DNA of 64,000 bases from Camelus ferus (taxonomy: Eukaryota): positions 13,332,001 to 13,396,000 of the forward strand of contig NC_045696.1 of NCBI RefSeq assembly GCF_009834535.1, read 5' to 3'. The position numbers and the translations under genes are program-made. The notes beneath the pieces were generated by a model. That model was not told the DNA's origin. It saw nothing but the letters and a program-made list of their open reading frames with translations, and searched no databases. Position 1 is the stretch's first letter. The number at the start of each line of letters is the position of its first letter. Below are positions 51,986 to 64,000 of the stretch, one piece after another.

Positions 51986-52409
51986 TCAGATTATAATAAA
52001 TAAGGCCAACAGATTAAAATAAGACAGATAAATGACACATCTTTGGAAGGGAGTCTCACGAAACATCATTAGAATGGTTTACTTCCAATCAAGGAAGTCA
52101 GTATTTGCTTCTTGTGCTCTCAAGCATCCAAGGAAAAATATGAAGGGGTGACCTCAAAGTGGGGGTGTCTGCTCAGGTCACTAGTGAGCATTCAGGGGGA
52201 TACTGGAGTCTCTACTGGTCCAACATTCTATTTGGATCTTTCAAGCCCATCTCAGATCTACGAGGGTTATACCAAAAGTGGCTCCTCTGATCTGCTTTCT
52301 CTGGATTCACATGAAGCTCAGAAAAACAACCACAAATTAGAACAGAATAAACATGTGGGTGTAACTTAGGGGAGTCTGCTAGGAGGGCTGCCCCACACCA
52401 GCACTGGGA

Positions 52410-52620
52410 AGGTGATAGATGAACCCAGATTCAGAGTCTGGCTTCAGAAACAACTTTCTATGAGGCCTTCAAGAATCTTCTTAACTTAAAAAGAGCTTCA
52501 GTTTTCTGATTTGTAAAAGGAGAATACTATGTTTTCAAGATTGTGGTTAAGATTAGTTACACATAATTACTATACATAAAGCATCTACTGAACATAGGGC
52601 CTGGCTCACTAGTACTTACT
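52410..52620 (+). mobile_element. MIR fragment
   Basis: 'gagcttcagttttctgatttgtaaaaggagaata..ttgtggttaagatta'. Confidence 0.65.
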
Positions 52621-53119
52621 TTTATTTACTTCTTGCTTCCCAGCAATCATAGGTGATATGCTACCTGCAGCCTGACTGACAGACACACAGCCATGATCAG
52701 AAGGAGAGACAGTGAAGAGGAAGCAGAGGGAGGCCAGAAGTCAGAAACCAGAACAAAGGAAGAGCATAGAAGCATACGTGGAAAATTCAACTCAACTTCA
52801 GTAGAGAGTTTAGTAGGGAAGGAATATCAAGCTTGATTTAAAGTAGGATGCACTTCTTAAAGCCTGAAAAGAATAATGTCATTAGCCTTCACCTGGCTGG
52901 CTCACTGTGTGATCACTATGTGATGTCCACTCTTATTTTCTCTTTCATTTACCAGTATTCCTCCCCGCCCCACCACCACCAACCTAGGAAGACAGACAGT
53001 GACAGGTGCTAAGATAGGTTTGTCTTGGACAATCTTAATAAACACATTTTTTCCTACAGTTTTAAACTTCTGCAAAGCCCAAAACCAACATTTTTAGCAA
53101 TTGTTCAAGCTGTCATAAC

Positions 53120-53345
53120 TTCAGTAATGAGGTACTACCCATTTATTGGGTGTCTATAATAATCATTATTATGTGTCTATAATGATTTTTATTATGTGTC
53201 TATTCCAGTTCTTACAGTTCCCTGCATGAGAAGATTCACTGTCTTCTTGTTTTTGAATGTGGAACATGAGACCTAAAGAGATTGAGTGATTGGCCTTTGA
53301 TTCTAGAGTTTCCGACTTAAAGCCTACCTTATTCTCTCTCTCACG
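53120..53345 (-). mobile_element. MIR fragment containing a short tandem duplication
   Basis: 'ctacccatttattgggtgtcta', 'gaacatgagacctaaagagattgagtgattggcc'; 'attatgtgtcta' repeated. Confidence 0.55.
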
Positions 53346-56300
53346 GCTCCTGCCTGCTCTGGGCACATGCATTGTTGCTAAGGTCTGATGTTGTTCTGGT
53401 GCATCTGCTTTCCACCTCCAATACACTCATGTTCATGGCCTGGTTGTCAGATTACATGCCCTGGAAAACCCTCACTGATGGAGACAAGGTGGCAGGTGAG
53501 TAAAGGTGGCAATTTCCTGGGTGGCTTAATTGTGACTCAGGCATGTCCTAAAAGTATAAGCTACAAGTGTCAGACCTTTAAATAAGAGACCCTGAATGTT
53601 TTCTGCAACTTAAATACAAGTAAGCCTAGAGGATAGAGCGGGAAGTTATTTTGAGTCTGACAGTGCTTAGAAACTTTCCCATTTCACCATTAATGGTGGC
53701 ACATAATCAAATTAGCCTTTAACAGCAATCAGTGCTCCGTGGGATGGCACCATGGTGTACTGAGGTGCTTCGGAGATTTTAATTCTCTCTAACAGCTTCC
53801 CACAATAAAAACTGAATTTGAAAGTCCTCGGGAGTAATTCCAGTAGATCTTGTTTATACACCATCTTGTGGAGGCTTCTCAGAAAAACGAGTGACTACAG
53901 ATTGAATCATTCTCTGCATTTAAAGTTGTGGATGTAAAGCATAGACAGAAAACTGTACATCTGTCAGTGACTCACACTTCATAACAAGTTTCAAATTTCT
54001 CTTGAAAGGGATTCTAATAATTCAGATGGAGAAACATTCCAGATTCCAAGTGATTGTGTTTGCAAATTGCAAAGGAGAAGACTCCACAATTTCAGGGAGT
54101 GACTTGGTTTGGCAACGGGCAGCCTTCCTGCACAGATCCTGTGTGGTGCTTGGGGAGTACAAGGGCAGCGTCCTGCCTGGGGGAACCTACTATACTGTGA
54201 ACTAGGTGATGGTCTGCTCCCCAGTGACTCACCCAAGTTGTCAGAAACCCCCCCGTTTTCCCATAACCACTTTGTCAGGCTGATGTGTTTCCCCCTTGGA
54301 GCCACACCCTTGCTTCCATCGCCCATTTCACTAGCTCCTTATCCACTACATTTGCCCTTAATTCCTGCTCTGATGTGGACCTCCACCCCAGAACCCGGGT
54401 TCTTAGACTTGTGAGAGGATTGAGCATTCCTTATCATCACAACCAGCTTGAGAGAAAGACCACAGCCCCAGTGTGGCAGAGTTTCAGAAAGAGGAAGGTG
54501 AATGCAGTGAAATACCCTTAATCACTCTGAGGCACTAAATCCAGGTCTGCCATTGAGCCTCATTAAAGATATGATTAATATGTTGAGGAAACATACCAGA
54601 CATTATTATATTGTACAACTTTAAACAAGAAAACCAATCCTGAAATAAATAAGAAAACAAAACAAAACATACATCTACGTTATGTATCAGGGTAAATATT
54701 CATTTTCAAAACGTCCTTATTTTTCAAGAGGATTCACTGCATTACATCTTCAATTAAGTCTTTCAAACAGGATTCCATTTATGCCTTTATAGCTACATTT
54801 AGACTTTTAGAAAAGTTTCTAGTATATGAGATCAAGTAAAACTATTCAATATTTTTCCACAAGGAGATTTTTGAAATGTGGAAAATTTTTTAAGCTGTTC
54901 ACAACTTCCTTTACATAGTGCTGTATCCCACTTAAGGGCAAATGGTTTTTCCAGTTAACAGATAGTTTGTCTTTGGAAATCACTAATCTAAATGCCAGTC
55001 TTCATATCTTTCCAAGAGACCATCATCATTGCAAGGTGCCACTGTGTGTATCATTTTGAGATCTCCTGAAAGGCTAATTTAAAAGAAAAAAATCAGACAT
55101 GTACTCGAGTTAACTTTTAAAATCACAGCCTTCCTTTCATTTTTTCAAGTATTAATTTGTCATCAAAGAAACAATGGGTCCACTGGTTCATTCCACAAAT
55201 TGCCAGGAATTACTTTTGAAGGTAAGCAGATCACTTAGAAGTTATCCCCATAACATAATTGTTATGGTTATTTGAGTAATAAATGCTATTATAATTCCAG
55301 TAGAACTCCAACTATGATAGGAAAAAAGGCGAATAACTTTTCAGAGGCACATACTTTTATTTCTTTGATGATGTAAGGGTCAAAAAGACCCTATGTGAGG
55401 CTGCCTGTACTTACTTGCGACAACTTCTGTCTCTTCAGTAAGAATTTGATTGTAGTGGCACCAAGAGGAAAGAACCACCCTGAGTTCAAACTGGGAGCCC
55501 CTGTGAAGTCACCTTTAGACTGCACAGTGACGCTTTCCTTACAGAACCAGCCAGTTCCAATGTTCCTTCTGTCATTTGACTTTATTTCAAGATGAATAAA
55601 TCCCTGTCGGCACGTTCAATGTAGGACGTGGTGTGTAAGTACTTGATGTGTCGCTGGGATAGATGAGATTCTCTTCTGAAGTGGGAAGGTTCTGACTTAC
55701 AAGGAAAAGACATAAGGCTGGATTCTTCCCCCACTTCCCCCAGGCTCCTAGCTTGAACTTTCACTTCTGAAGATAAACCGACTTTTCCCCTTCAATTTAG
55801 TGTCAGGTTCCTCTCTACTAAGAGATTTGAATGGCTTTCAACATAAAGCCTTCAGGGTGTTGAAGCTCTCTGTCCAGCGATGGTCAGATTACTTGTGGTG
55901 GGCGCAGGGTGGACTTGGGGTTAGTATTAAAGGTCATTAATGGGCCTCTCTTTGTACTTCTGTTCTGCCTTTTCTCCTGTCCTGTAAGCGTCAGAGCCAG
56001 GAGGGTGAATCAAGTCTGATGGGGGAATAAAACCAAACATACTGCTGCTTCCGTACAGGGTGACCTTTACAAGATGGAGATTCCAAGCCCCTAAACCAGG
56101 GCAAGATAAGATAAGGACACCAGAACACAGCTGGGTTGGGCTGAGCTGGGCTTGAGTTCCCATGGCAGTTAATGCATTGCCTTAGAAATGACTGTTGTTA
56201 ATACAATTAAGTGAATAGATTTTATAATTGTATGAGTAAGGTATGCAAAGCTTGATTTAAATTTAATTTCTGGCAGTTGTTAGGTTTCCGTTTGGAATAC

Positions 56301-58149
56301 TCCCTCATTGTGGAAGCTGCCAATGTGAAATGAGATGTTCCAGAATTTATGTATTTCCTGAACATATTGTAGGTGCCAAATAAAATGTTGGTTAAATGAA
56401 TAAATGGGTTGGTTTTCCAAGAAAGATACCAATTACTTTTAGATTTTTCTGCTCTCTTAAATAAGAGATGTGTATACTTTCAGGAGCATATTTGGGAGAG
56501 AGAAAGGATGGAGGAAAATATGGAAGTGCCAGGGGCTCAGTCAGGGACTGAATATATGATGCAGGGTCTTGGTAGAGTGGATCACGTTGGGTGTTTGGGA
56601 ACTGGGAGAACAAGGCATCTAGGCTTCTGGTCTTTTACAGGTTGGCAGGATGAAGAGAGAAATATGGGTGGTGAAACCATTGTCTAGGGTAAAGTACTAC
56701 ACTTTCTAGTTTAATAGCACCAAGAAGGCATTATTTTTCCACTGAGGTTCAGATATCTTTTTAAATTTTCTCCCTTCCCTAACCATTGTGGCAAGAATGC
56801 AGGGGCTTTGTAGGATAGCATCATGCTAATTTCATACAGCTGCTGGGACTTTCTCTAGGCAGAGTTAATTAATATTAGCTAACAGCATCAGTGTTCCCAC
56901 AGCCATAAAAAAGTAATTTCTCTATTGCAAAGTCATCTAAAATTTTGTGTCAGCTCAGGCTCTCCTATTTCCCCTGAATGTCATTCAAAGGGGACACCAC
57001 CAAAAAAGAGAAACTAATTAACTTCCAGAGAAATTATTTTTAAATCCAAAATTTGATGCCCAAATTACCCAAACAAAATCAAGACTGAAACCCCTCAAAC
57101 GAAGCTGATAAATGATAATCTATTTCTTCATGAGCAAATGATCTTATGGTAAAAGTCCTAAGGTTACTGATTTCTAGATTTCCACAGTATCTAGTTAATT
57201 TCAGGAAAATACCTATCCTCCTGGAAAGTATCAGAATTTAAAATATTGTGCACACACTTTTTGATGGTTTGGAGACAAAAATTAAATTTATTGTAAAACT
57301 TGAATAAACTTCATTTTTATCTAGCTTCACTAGATTAAATAATGGAATCTAGAGATACTAAAATTGTGGCTTCAAAAAAAAAAATCTAAGAATTTCAGTT
57401 TTCAGTTCCCAGACTATTTGTAAAATGCGTTCTAAGCTCTCTTAGAAATTTTATACTATATTACTGGCTTTAAAATAAAAAGCTAATAGGTTGAAATAAA
57501 ACATTATTTTCAAATAGAGAAAGAAGTGCTAAAATCTATTCCTTTTAGAAGACCATAAGCTCTTTGCATTTGTCTCCCTTCTAATGACCCTTCCTCTGTC
57601 AAAGGCACAGCTCTTAGAAGAACAGAGGAATATGCTGATATAGTGCCAAGAGGTCAAAGGCCTCTATTTATTTTTAAGTTATTTGAGCAATTTGCATGTA
57701 TCATACGAGAGTCCACAGCATTTTCCTCCTTTTACTTTATAACAAAATCTAATATGTATCTTTTTTGCCTTGGTTTAAAGGGTAGAGATTACATTTCTAG
57801 GTAATAGGGAAATCTCACTTCTCCATGGTGCAATTTCCTTCCAATGTTTTCTTATTTTCCCACCTTGAGAAGCCTCCTTACTATCTCACACTCTCATAGA
57901 TTACTCAGTGCTGCACAGACGACCACAGATTTATTTAAGCCATCACATTCCTCTTCCCTTCTATCATTCAGCTTCACATTCTGTACAATTCCTCTCGTCC
58001 TGGCCCTAAATTTAAGACTGCTTTCCCCAGTAGTCATGGAGAGGCCCTTCAGAGAAAAAGATGCTCCCTGGACCACCGTCTGCCTGGGGACAGTAAATTG
58101 TGTTTTGAATGGAAACTAAGAGGGAGAAGGGACAGTAGGGAGGGAAACC

Positions 58150-58995
58150 TGTTGGGAAATACAGCAAACTGGGGTCATCCTTGTTGCTAAATTGTAATAA
58201 CCTGAGAGTCATTTATTTGGTCTTCTCCATCATTCCCAGCACAGAGCTCCTAAAACCCTTGTAATTGGCTAAGTAGTAGGGGTGATAGGCGTACCTTCAT
58301 CCTAGTCTTTGTCCTCAGTTCGAGCTCCTGACACAAGGGTTTCTAAGTGAATCTCTGGAGTAATAAGAATGTCTTTGTATGGGAATGAGATAATGGGTGC
58401 CTGGGGGCCCCTGGATAGTTTAGGATTAGTGGCCAGTGAGACCAACAATGTGATTAGACAGTTCGAACTTTCAGCCCCACCCTGGGACCTGGGAGGGGAG
58501 AGAGGCTGAGGACTGAGTGAATCACCAGTTGGCCAATGATTTGATCAATTCATGCTTATGTAATGAAACGCACTGCAGTGCTGGGGAGCGCATGAAGGCT
58601 CCAAGTCCATTCCCACAATCCTTGCCCTCTTTTGTTCCTGAGTTCTATTCTTCATAATGAACTAGGAATAAGTAAATAAAACACTTTCCTTAGTTTTGCG
58701 AGTCATTCCAGCAAATTATTGAACCTGAGGAGGGGGGTCAAAGGAACCCCTAATTTAAAGCCAATTGTTTAGATATATGGGAGACCCAGACTTGTGACTG
58801 GCACCTAAAATGGGACTGAGCCCATAACGTGTGGGATCTGCATCCAGTCTAGGTAGTTAGTATCAAAGTAGAATTGTAGGACATCTAAGGTGATGTCCAG
58901 AGAGTTAAAGAATAGGTTGTATGGGGGAAGAAAAAAACCAACACACACACACACACACACACACACATTTGGTGTCAGAAGTGTCATAAGTTAAA
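58150..58995 (+). mobile_element. MER21C-type ERVL solo LTR
   Basis: 'cacagagctcctaaaacccttg', 'gaactttcagccccaccc..gggaggggagagaggctg', 'ggccaatgatttgatcaa', 'gaattgtaggaca', 'ggtgtcagaagtg'; internal (CA)n near 58943-58967. Confidence 0.85.
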
Positions 58996-59210
58996 AAAAA
59001 AAAAAAAAACTAGGCTTGTATATACTTGTGAGCCAGGAGCAGTGAATCGCCACCTCCCATCAATATTCCTTTACTACTGGTCTTGTCAACTCTACATTTC
59101 ATCTAATAACAATTGTTCTTCACAGAACCCAGTGTTTTCATAGCATATTCTATGTCCAGACACATGCCTTAAAACAAAATCCTTCCATGAAGGATGTTAT
59201 TAGCACAAAG

Positions 59211-59425
59211 CAGGGTTTCTTAATCAGGGATCACTTTGTCCCCCAGGAGATACTTGGCAATGCCTGGAAATGTTTTTGATTGTCGTGACTGGGTGGGTGC
59301 TGCTGGCATCCAGTGGGTGGGGGCCGGGGAGGCTGCTCAGCATGCTGTGGTGCACAGGACAGTCCCCACCACCACAAGGGGTGACCTGACCCTAAGTGTC
59401 AACAATGCCGAGATTGGAAAACCAT
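59211..59425 (+). mobile_element. MER20 hAT-Charlie MITE
   Basis: 'cagggtttcttaatcaggg..ttggcaatgcctggaaatgtttttgattgtcgtgactggg..ctggcatccagtgggt..tgcacaggacagtcccc'. Confidence 0.9.
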
Positions 59426-61185
59426 AACGCAGACGTCTGACTCTCACCTCATGGAGCCAGAAATTAGATAAGGCCTTGTCGAGAGATATGCAAAGCTTTT
59501 GAAAACACAATGTTTCAGATTTTATTTTACTGACAAAATGAAACCAGCAGTTCATCGAGGACTTGAGAGTGCCTGCTAGCATTGGTACAGTAAATAGCTA
59601 CCTGTTTCTAAATATTCTGTCTGATACACCAAGAAACTGTCCATGAACAGGGTAAGATATGCCTCATCATAGGGACTCCTCTGAAAACTTGGCTGTATAA
59701 GAGAGAAGAATCAAGTGAAGTTTATTTTATCCCCAAGGGAAGCATGTGCTTTGAAAACAGGTTTTTTCCTAAACCTTCTTGAGGCTCCAGCGCAGAGTGT
59801 TTTCTTCGAAGTTGCTTCCATCTGTCTTTCTTTATGAAACACGAGCCCCAAATGTGTGCAAGGCTGTATTACTGCATTGTTCCCCAAGACTAAAGATCCT
59901 GAAGTCTTAACTGGCTTAACAGCAAGTTAGGAGCAAAGTCTGCCGGGTCAGCTTTCTCACAGCACTTTCTTGGGTCTGCGTAATTATGGAAATCTCCAAG
60001 GTAACTGGCCAGCGCCTTTCTCCGTGGGCCTGTGTGATTCTCGTACATTCTATCTATACAAGGGGTAGAATTCAGCCCATGGAAGAGAGAGGAAGAGCAT
60101 TAGAGAATTACAAAGGGTATTAGAACCACAAACCCATTGAGTATTAATGAGTCATAAAACCAGGGGAAATGGTCAGGTAAAAGAATAGGACACTGTCTTT
60201 TTTTTTTTTTTTAATATTTTATAACTTTAAGTCTTGTTCTAGATATTTCCAGGATGTCTAAAGATGTCAATTGTGGTAAAACAGGATTATTGTCTATATA
60301 TTACAGCATCTTAATGGCACACATAATGATAATGGAATTCTTTTGAACATCTTCTATCACAATTAATCTAGATGGCAATTCACTCATATATATATAGCTT
60401 TTAGCGCCATTGAGAGAATACAGCCTCCCAGCCTTACGGAACTTGGGATGACCTTCACAGAAAAAAGAATTTGTTCAGGAGAAAGGTACAAAAAAATAAA
60501 AATTTCAAAACAAAAATCTTCTATAAATTATAACTGCTTACAATACAGGGCTCTAGACTTTGTGGGAGGAAGCACCTCATTAACATACTTATTTCTCTAA
60601 AGTAGAAGCATCTACAACAATAATCAGAGAACAATTGCAGAGGTCCTGTGCTTCAACTTTTAATTCAGTGGTGGTAGAAACAATCAAGCAGACCTGCCTT
60701 TGAGTCAGATGTCTCCACTCTTCTTCCCTTTCTTTTTGGGTTCTGGTTAATTTCTCCTCGGTTGAAATTCTTGTTTTTTTTTGTATAATGGGAAGACCCT
60801 AAGAGACAGAACATTTGCATTTTACTTCCATAGCTTGCATTTTCAGTTTCACTTCAGATAAAATGATTCTTAAGCTCCTCTCAGAGAAAATTGTTCTGTG
60901 GTGCTGGCAGCCGGGCTCAGCTACTACTCCTCTGTGCCAGAGGTGTCGGTATAGAAAGGATGAGAACCACTTTCCTGCATACAAAGTACGTTAAGTTGCT
61001 TATACCTGAAAAGTGCTAAGTGAGAGCTTTTAGTGTGCATGACCGCTTTTATAGGAAAGATCTTCAGGAAGCCAAGAGACTTCGATGCTAATTCTGAGTT
61101 TGCCAAAGGTGCATGACTTTGGAAAAGTGATTTATAAACAGTTGTTTCCATCTGTGGAACTGGGAAAGTAAAATCTGATACCAAA

Positions 61186-61640
61186 TGTCTTGGACCGGCT
61201 TCCCTGGGAAGTAGGGCCTGAGATCAAGGCTGGCATGCTGGTAGTTTACTTGGGATTGTGATTTTTTGAGAAGCAGTAGGATAGGACCAGAGAGTAAGAT
61301 AGGAAAGCAAGAAAGACAGCAGGACGCCTTGTTGAGGCAGCCGCCAGTATGGTTAATCTGCTCTTGACTCCTTTGGGTCCTTCTGAAAGTCTCGTGCATG
61401 GTGTCTCAGAACTGTCCACTCATGGGGATGAAAGAGGGAGGCATAATTTATTGATTTCTACTCCCATTGGTTAAAAATGTCAGTGGGTGTTGACATCCCT
61501 GCACTCCTGGGATGCATGGACGTGAGTGCGGGCCAGATGCCTCCTGGATTCCATGCTGCAGATCAGGGAAACCCAGGCAGGAAGTGAGAGGCTTATGACG
61601 CAAACATAGCTGAAGAATCGTCTGGTTGGCCATTCTTGTC
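61186..61640 (-). mobile_element. LTR16-family ERVL LTR
   Basis: 'ttccctgggaagtagggcctgaga..ggtagtttacttggga', 'tctcagaactgtcc', 'cccattggttaa', 'ccctgcactcc'. Confidence 0.7.
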
Positions 61641-62083
61641 CCCTACACCAGATTTTTAGTGCACTCTTTGTTCCCTACACACACTCTTTCTGCCCTCACC
61701 TCTGTCACTTCACTCATGCAGTTTTCCTGCTGTGCCTCCCTCTTTGACTGAAGAATTCCTGATCAGTTATTTAAGCTAAAGTCAGATATAACCTCTCCTT
61801 GAAGCTGTTCCTAAATGTAGTCAAAAAAACAAAAACAAAAACAAAAACAAAAACAAAAAACCATGCTTACCTCAGAGCGTCGTAGGAGTAAATGAGAAAA
61901 ATGCCTTAAAGCATTTAGAACAGTCTCAGACATAGAGGGAGCAATCAGTGATTGTTGTTCTGTTAACATTTTGTCGTCTCAGTGATCATTATGTCTACTA
62001 GATCCTTTAACACAACGAGCGCAACAACTGTGCCTTAACCATTTGTAAGTGCCTCACATAGAACCTGGTAGCTGGTAGGTGTT

Positions 62084-62498
62084 TGTTATGAGTTGCATTG
62101 AATTGTGTCTCCAACAAAAAGACATGTTGAAGTTCTAATCCCCCAGTACCTAAAAATGTGCCCTGACTGGGAAAGAGGGTCTTTACAGAGGTAATCAAGT
62201 TAAAATGAGGTTTTTATGGTGGACCCTAATCCAACATGATTGATGTCCTTACAGAAAGAGAAAATTTGGACACAGAGAAAGACACGTATAGAGGAAACAT
62301 GATATAAAGACGTGGGGAGAATGCCATCAACAAGGTGAGGAACAGCTGAGAAGCAGGGAACAGATCCCTTCTCAGAATTCTCAGAAGGAATCAACCCTAC
62401 CAGCATCCTGATTTAAGCTTCTAGCCTCCAGAACTGTGAGATATTACATTTCTGTTATTTGTGATACTTTGTGACAGCAGCCCTGGGAAACTAATACA
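62084..62498 (+). mobile_element. MLT1B MaLR LTR inserted in an L2 3' end
   Basis: 'tgttatgagttg..gggtctttacagaggtaatcaagttaaaatgagg..ccctaatccaa..cttctagcctccagaactgtgag..ggaaactaataca'. Confidence 0.85.
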
Positions 62499-64000
62499 GA
62501 ACTCAACAGATATTTGAATTAATTTGCGTGGATAGGTGAATGGCTAAGACCTAAGTAAATTTTGTTTCTGTAGTGGTTCATTTTACGTATATTTTACAAT
62601 CCAGGTAAATTCCCACAAGTTCCGTGGTCCTCCTCTGACCACTGAGATTCAAGGAGAACTCTTCTATCAGTCAATACATAGTCCTTTTTATTTCACTTAA
62701 TATGAATACTGCTTTGTGACTTTTCTTGAATGGCTGGAAATCTCACCTTTTAAAATGTAAGCTCCAAGTGTATAGGCGAGTCTTTGTCCTAAATTGGAAA
62801 CAAGCAGTGTCACCCACAGCTCCATCTAGGGTACTTGCTAAATGCCCTGAATGTTAAAAAAAAAATGCCCAAATCTGCTCCTCAATTAGTGTCCATGTCT
62901 GGGTATGAGACTCTGCTCTCTTCCCTGTGTAACATTTCCAACATCCATATGACAAAGTGAGAGGTCTCCAGAGATGCTGATGGCTCTAGCAATGACCCTC
63001 GTCAGCACTTGTGTTACTGGGACACATAACTATTTTATATATATATATACACACACACATATATATGCACGTGTAGCCATCACTGAATCCAGGCAGACAG
63101 CTGACCACAGGGGCAGCTGGCCAGCAGAGAAACATGTTCATTTACATACTGACCCATAACTTACAGCAGAATTTTTTTTAAACATATGACTCAGATATAT
63201 GCAGTTCATTGCTGTTGTGCTAACAGATTAGTATCTTCATCACTACCTCTCGTCCCAACTTGTCTCAGGTAGAACATCTAACAGAAGTATTTTACTTCAG
63301 TATTTATTCATGGTTTGTGTAAACATCTTTGAAACAATCATCTCAAAATTCTTTCATGAGAAATTCATGAAGGCAAAATACTTACATGCCTAAGTCCTAG
63401 GTAGTCACTGATGCAAAACTGAATAATTAGGACCACTTTATTCCAGCATGAAACAGAAAACAGAGTTATTTTCCTTTTAATAAGACTTCTAAATTGGGAA
63501 GTGGGATGGGTCAGGAGGGAATTTCTGACACCAAATCATTAAAAATGATTTAATGAATATGGATGTATTTGAAAATTTTAATTAAACATGGTTTCATATT
63601 ATAATTTGTTCTGGTATTTTATTAACATATTTCCACGTTTAACCATCAAAATATGCATACAATCACGCTAACAGTTTTTAATCATTTGAGAGTCACTCTA
63701 GTAACGTGTTTAAATTTTTAAAATGCCAAAATTTTCTTTTATTTGAATTAGTATAGCTTCTGTAAAGTGTTTAAAGAACCCAAAGCTCATACTGTGTTAT
63801 TCCTTCAAAAGACACTCATTTCGTTTTCTCTCAGAGAATTTCATACAAATATTTGGCAGAATAGGGATTCATATATTCAGAGTGTAAGATATGAAATAGC
63901 AGCTTTATACGGAAACATGAGTCTATTAAGGGGCTAATTATATTTAGTCCTATTTTCATTTGATGGCAATTGACTTTTGTTGTAAGATCAGCAGGGTGAG

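Noticed and set aside
1..64000. CRISPR arrays, operons, rRNA, CpG-island promoter, multi-exon coding gene
   Set aside because: No regularly spaced repeats, CpG-rich region or chain of frame-compatible exons was seen; small exons of a large gene cannot be excluded by eye.

Overview
AT-rich, CpG-depleted mammalian genomic DNA with no CpG island and no protein-coding exon that I can recognise, so it reads as intergenic or deep intronic sequence. A tRNA-Ala-derived Vic-1-type SINE and cetartiodactyl-type L1 3' ends suggest a camelid. Much of the window is transposable-element fossils: MIR, L2, old L1M and younger L1, MaLR/ERVL/ERV1 LTRs, and hAT elements (MER20, MER103, MER81, ORSL). Almost all ORFs in the track are spurious; the exceptions are L1 ORF2 remnants. 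The most notable items are: (1) an internally deleted Mutator/MULE DNA transposon at 47.9-48.7 kb with long TIRs and a readable transposase C-terminus, nested together with an ERV1 LTR inside an MLT2D LTR; (2) an 86-bp segment inside a MER21 LTR that matches, without gaps, part of a small TG...CA element 1.6 kb upstream; (3) a polyadenylated, apparently L1-retroposed ERV-LTR fragment with an internal duplication; (4) an L1 with a chimeric 3' UTR; (5) several candidate cis-regulatory sites and non-coding exons. I found no convincing novel multi-gene system. Repeat family names come from recalled consensus sequences, not a search, and boundaries of old repeats are approximate.
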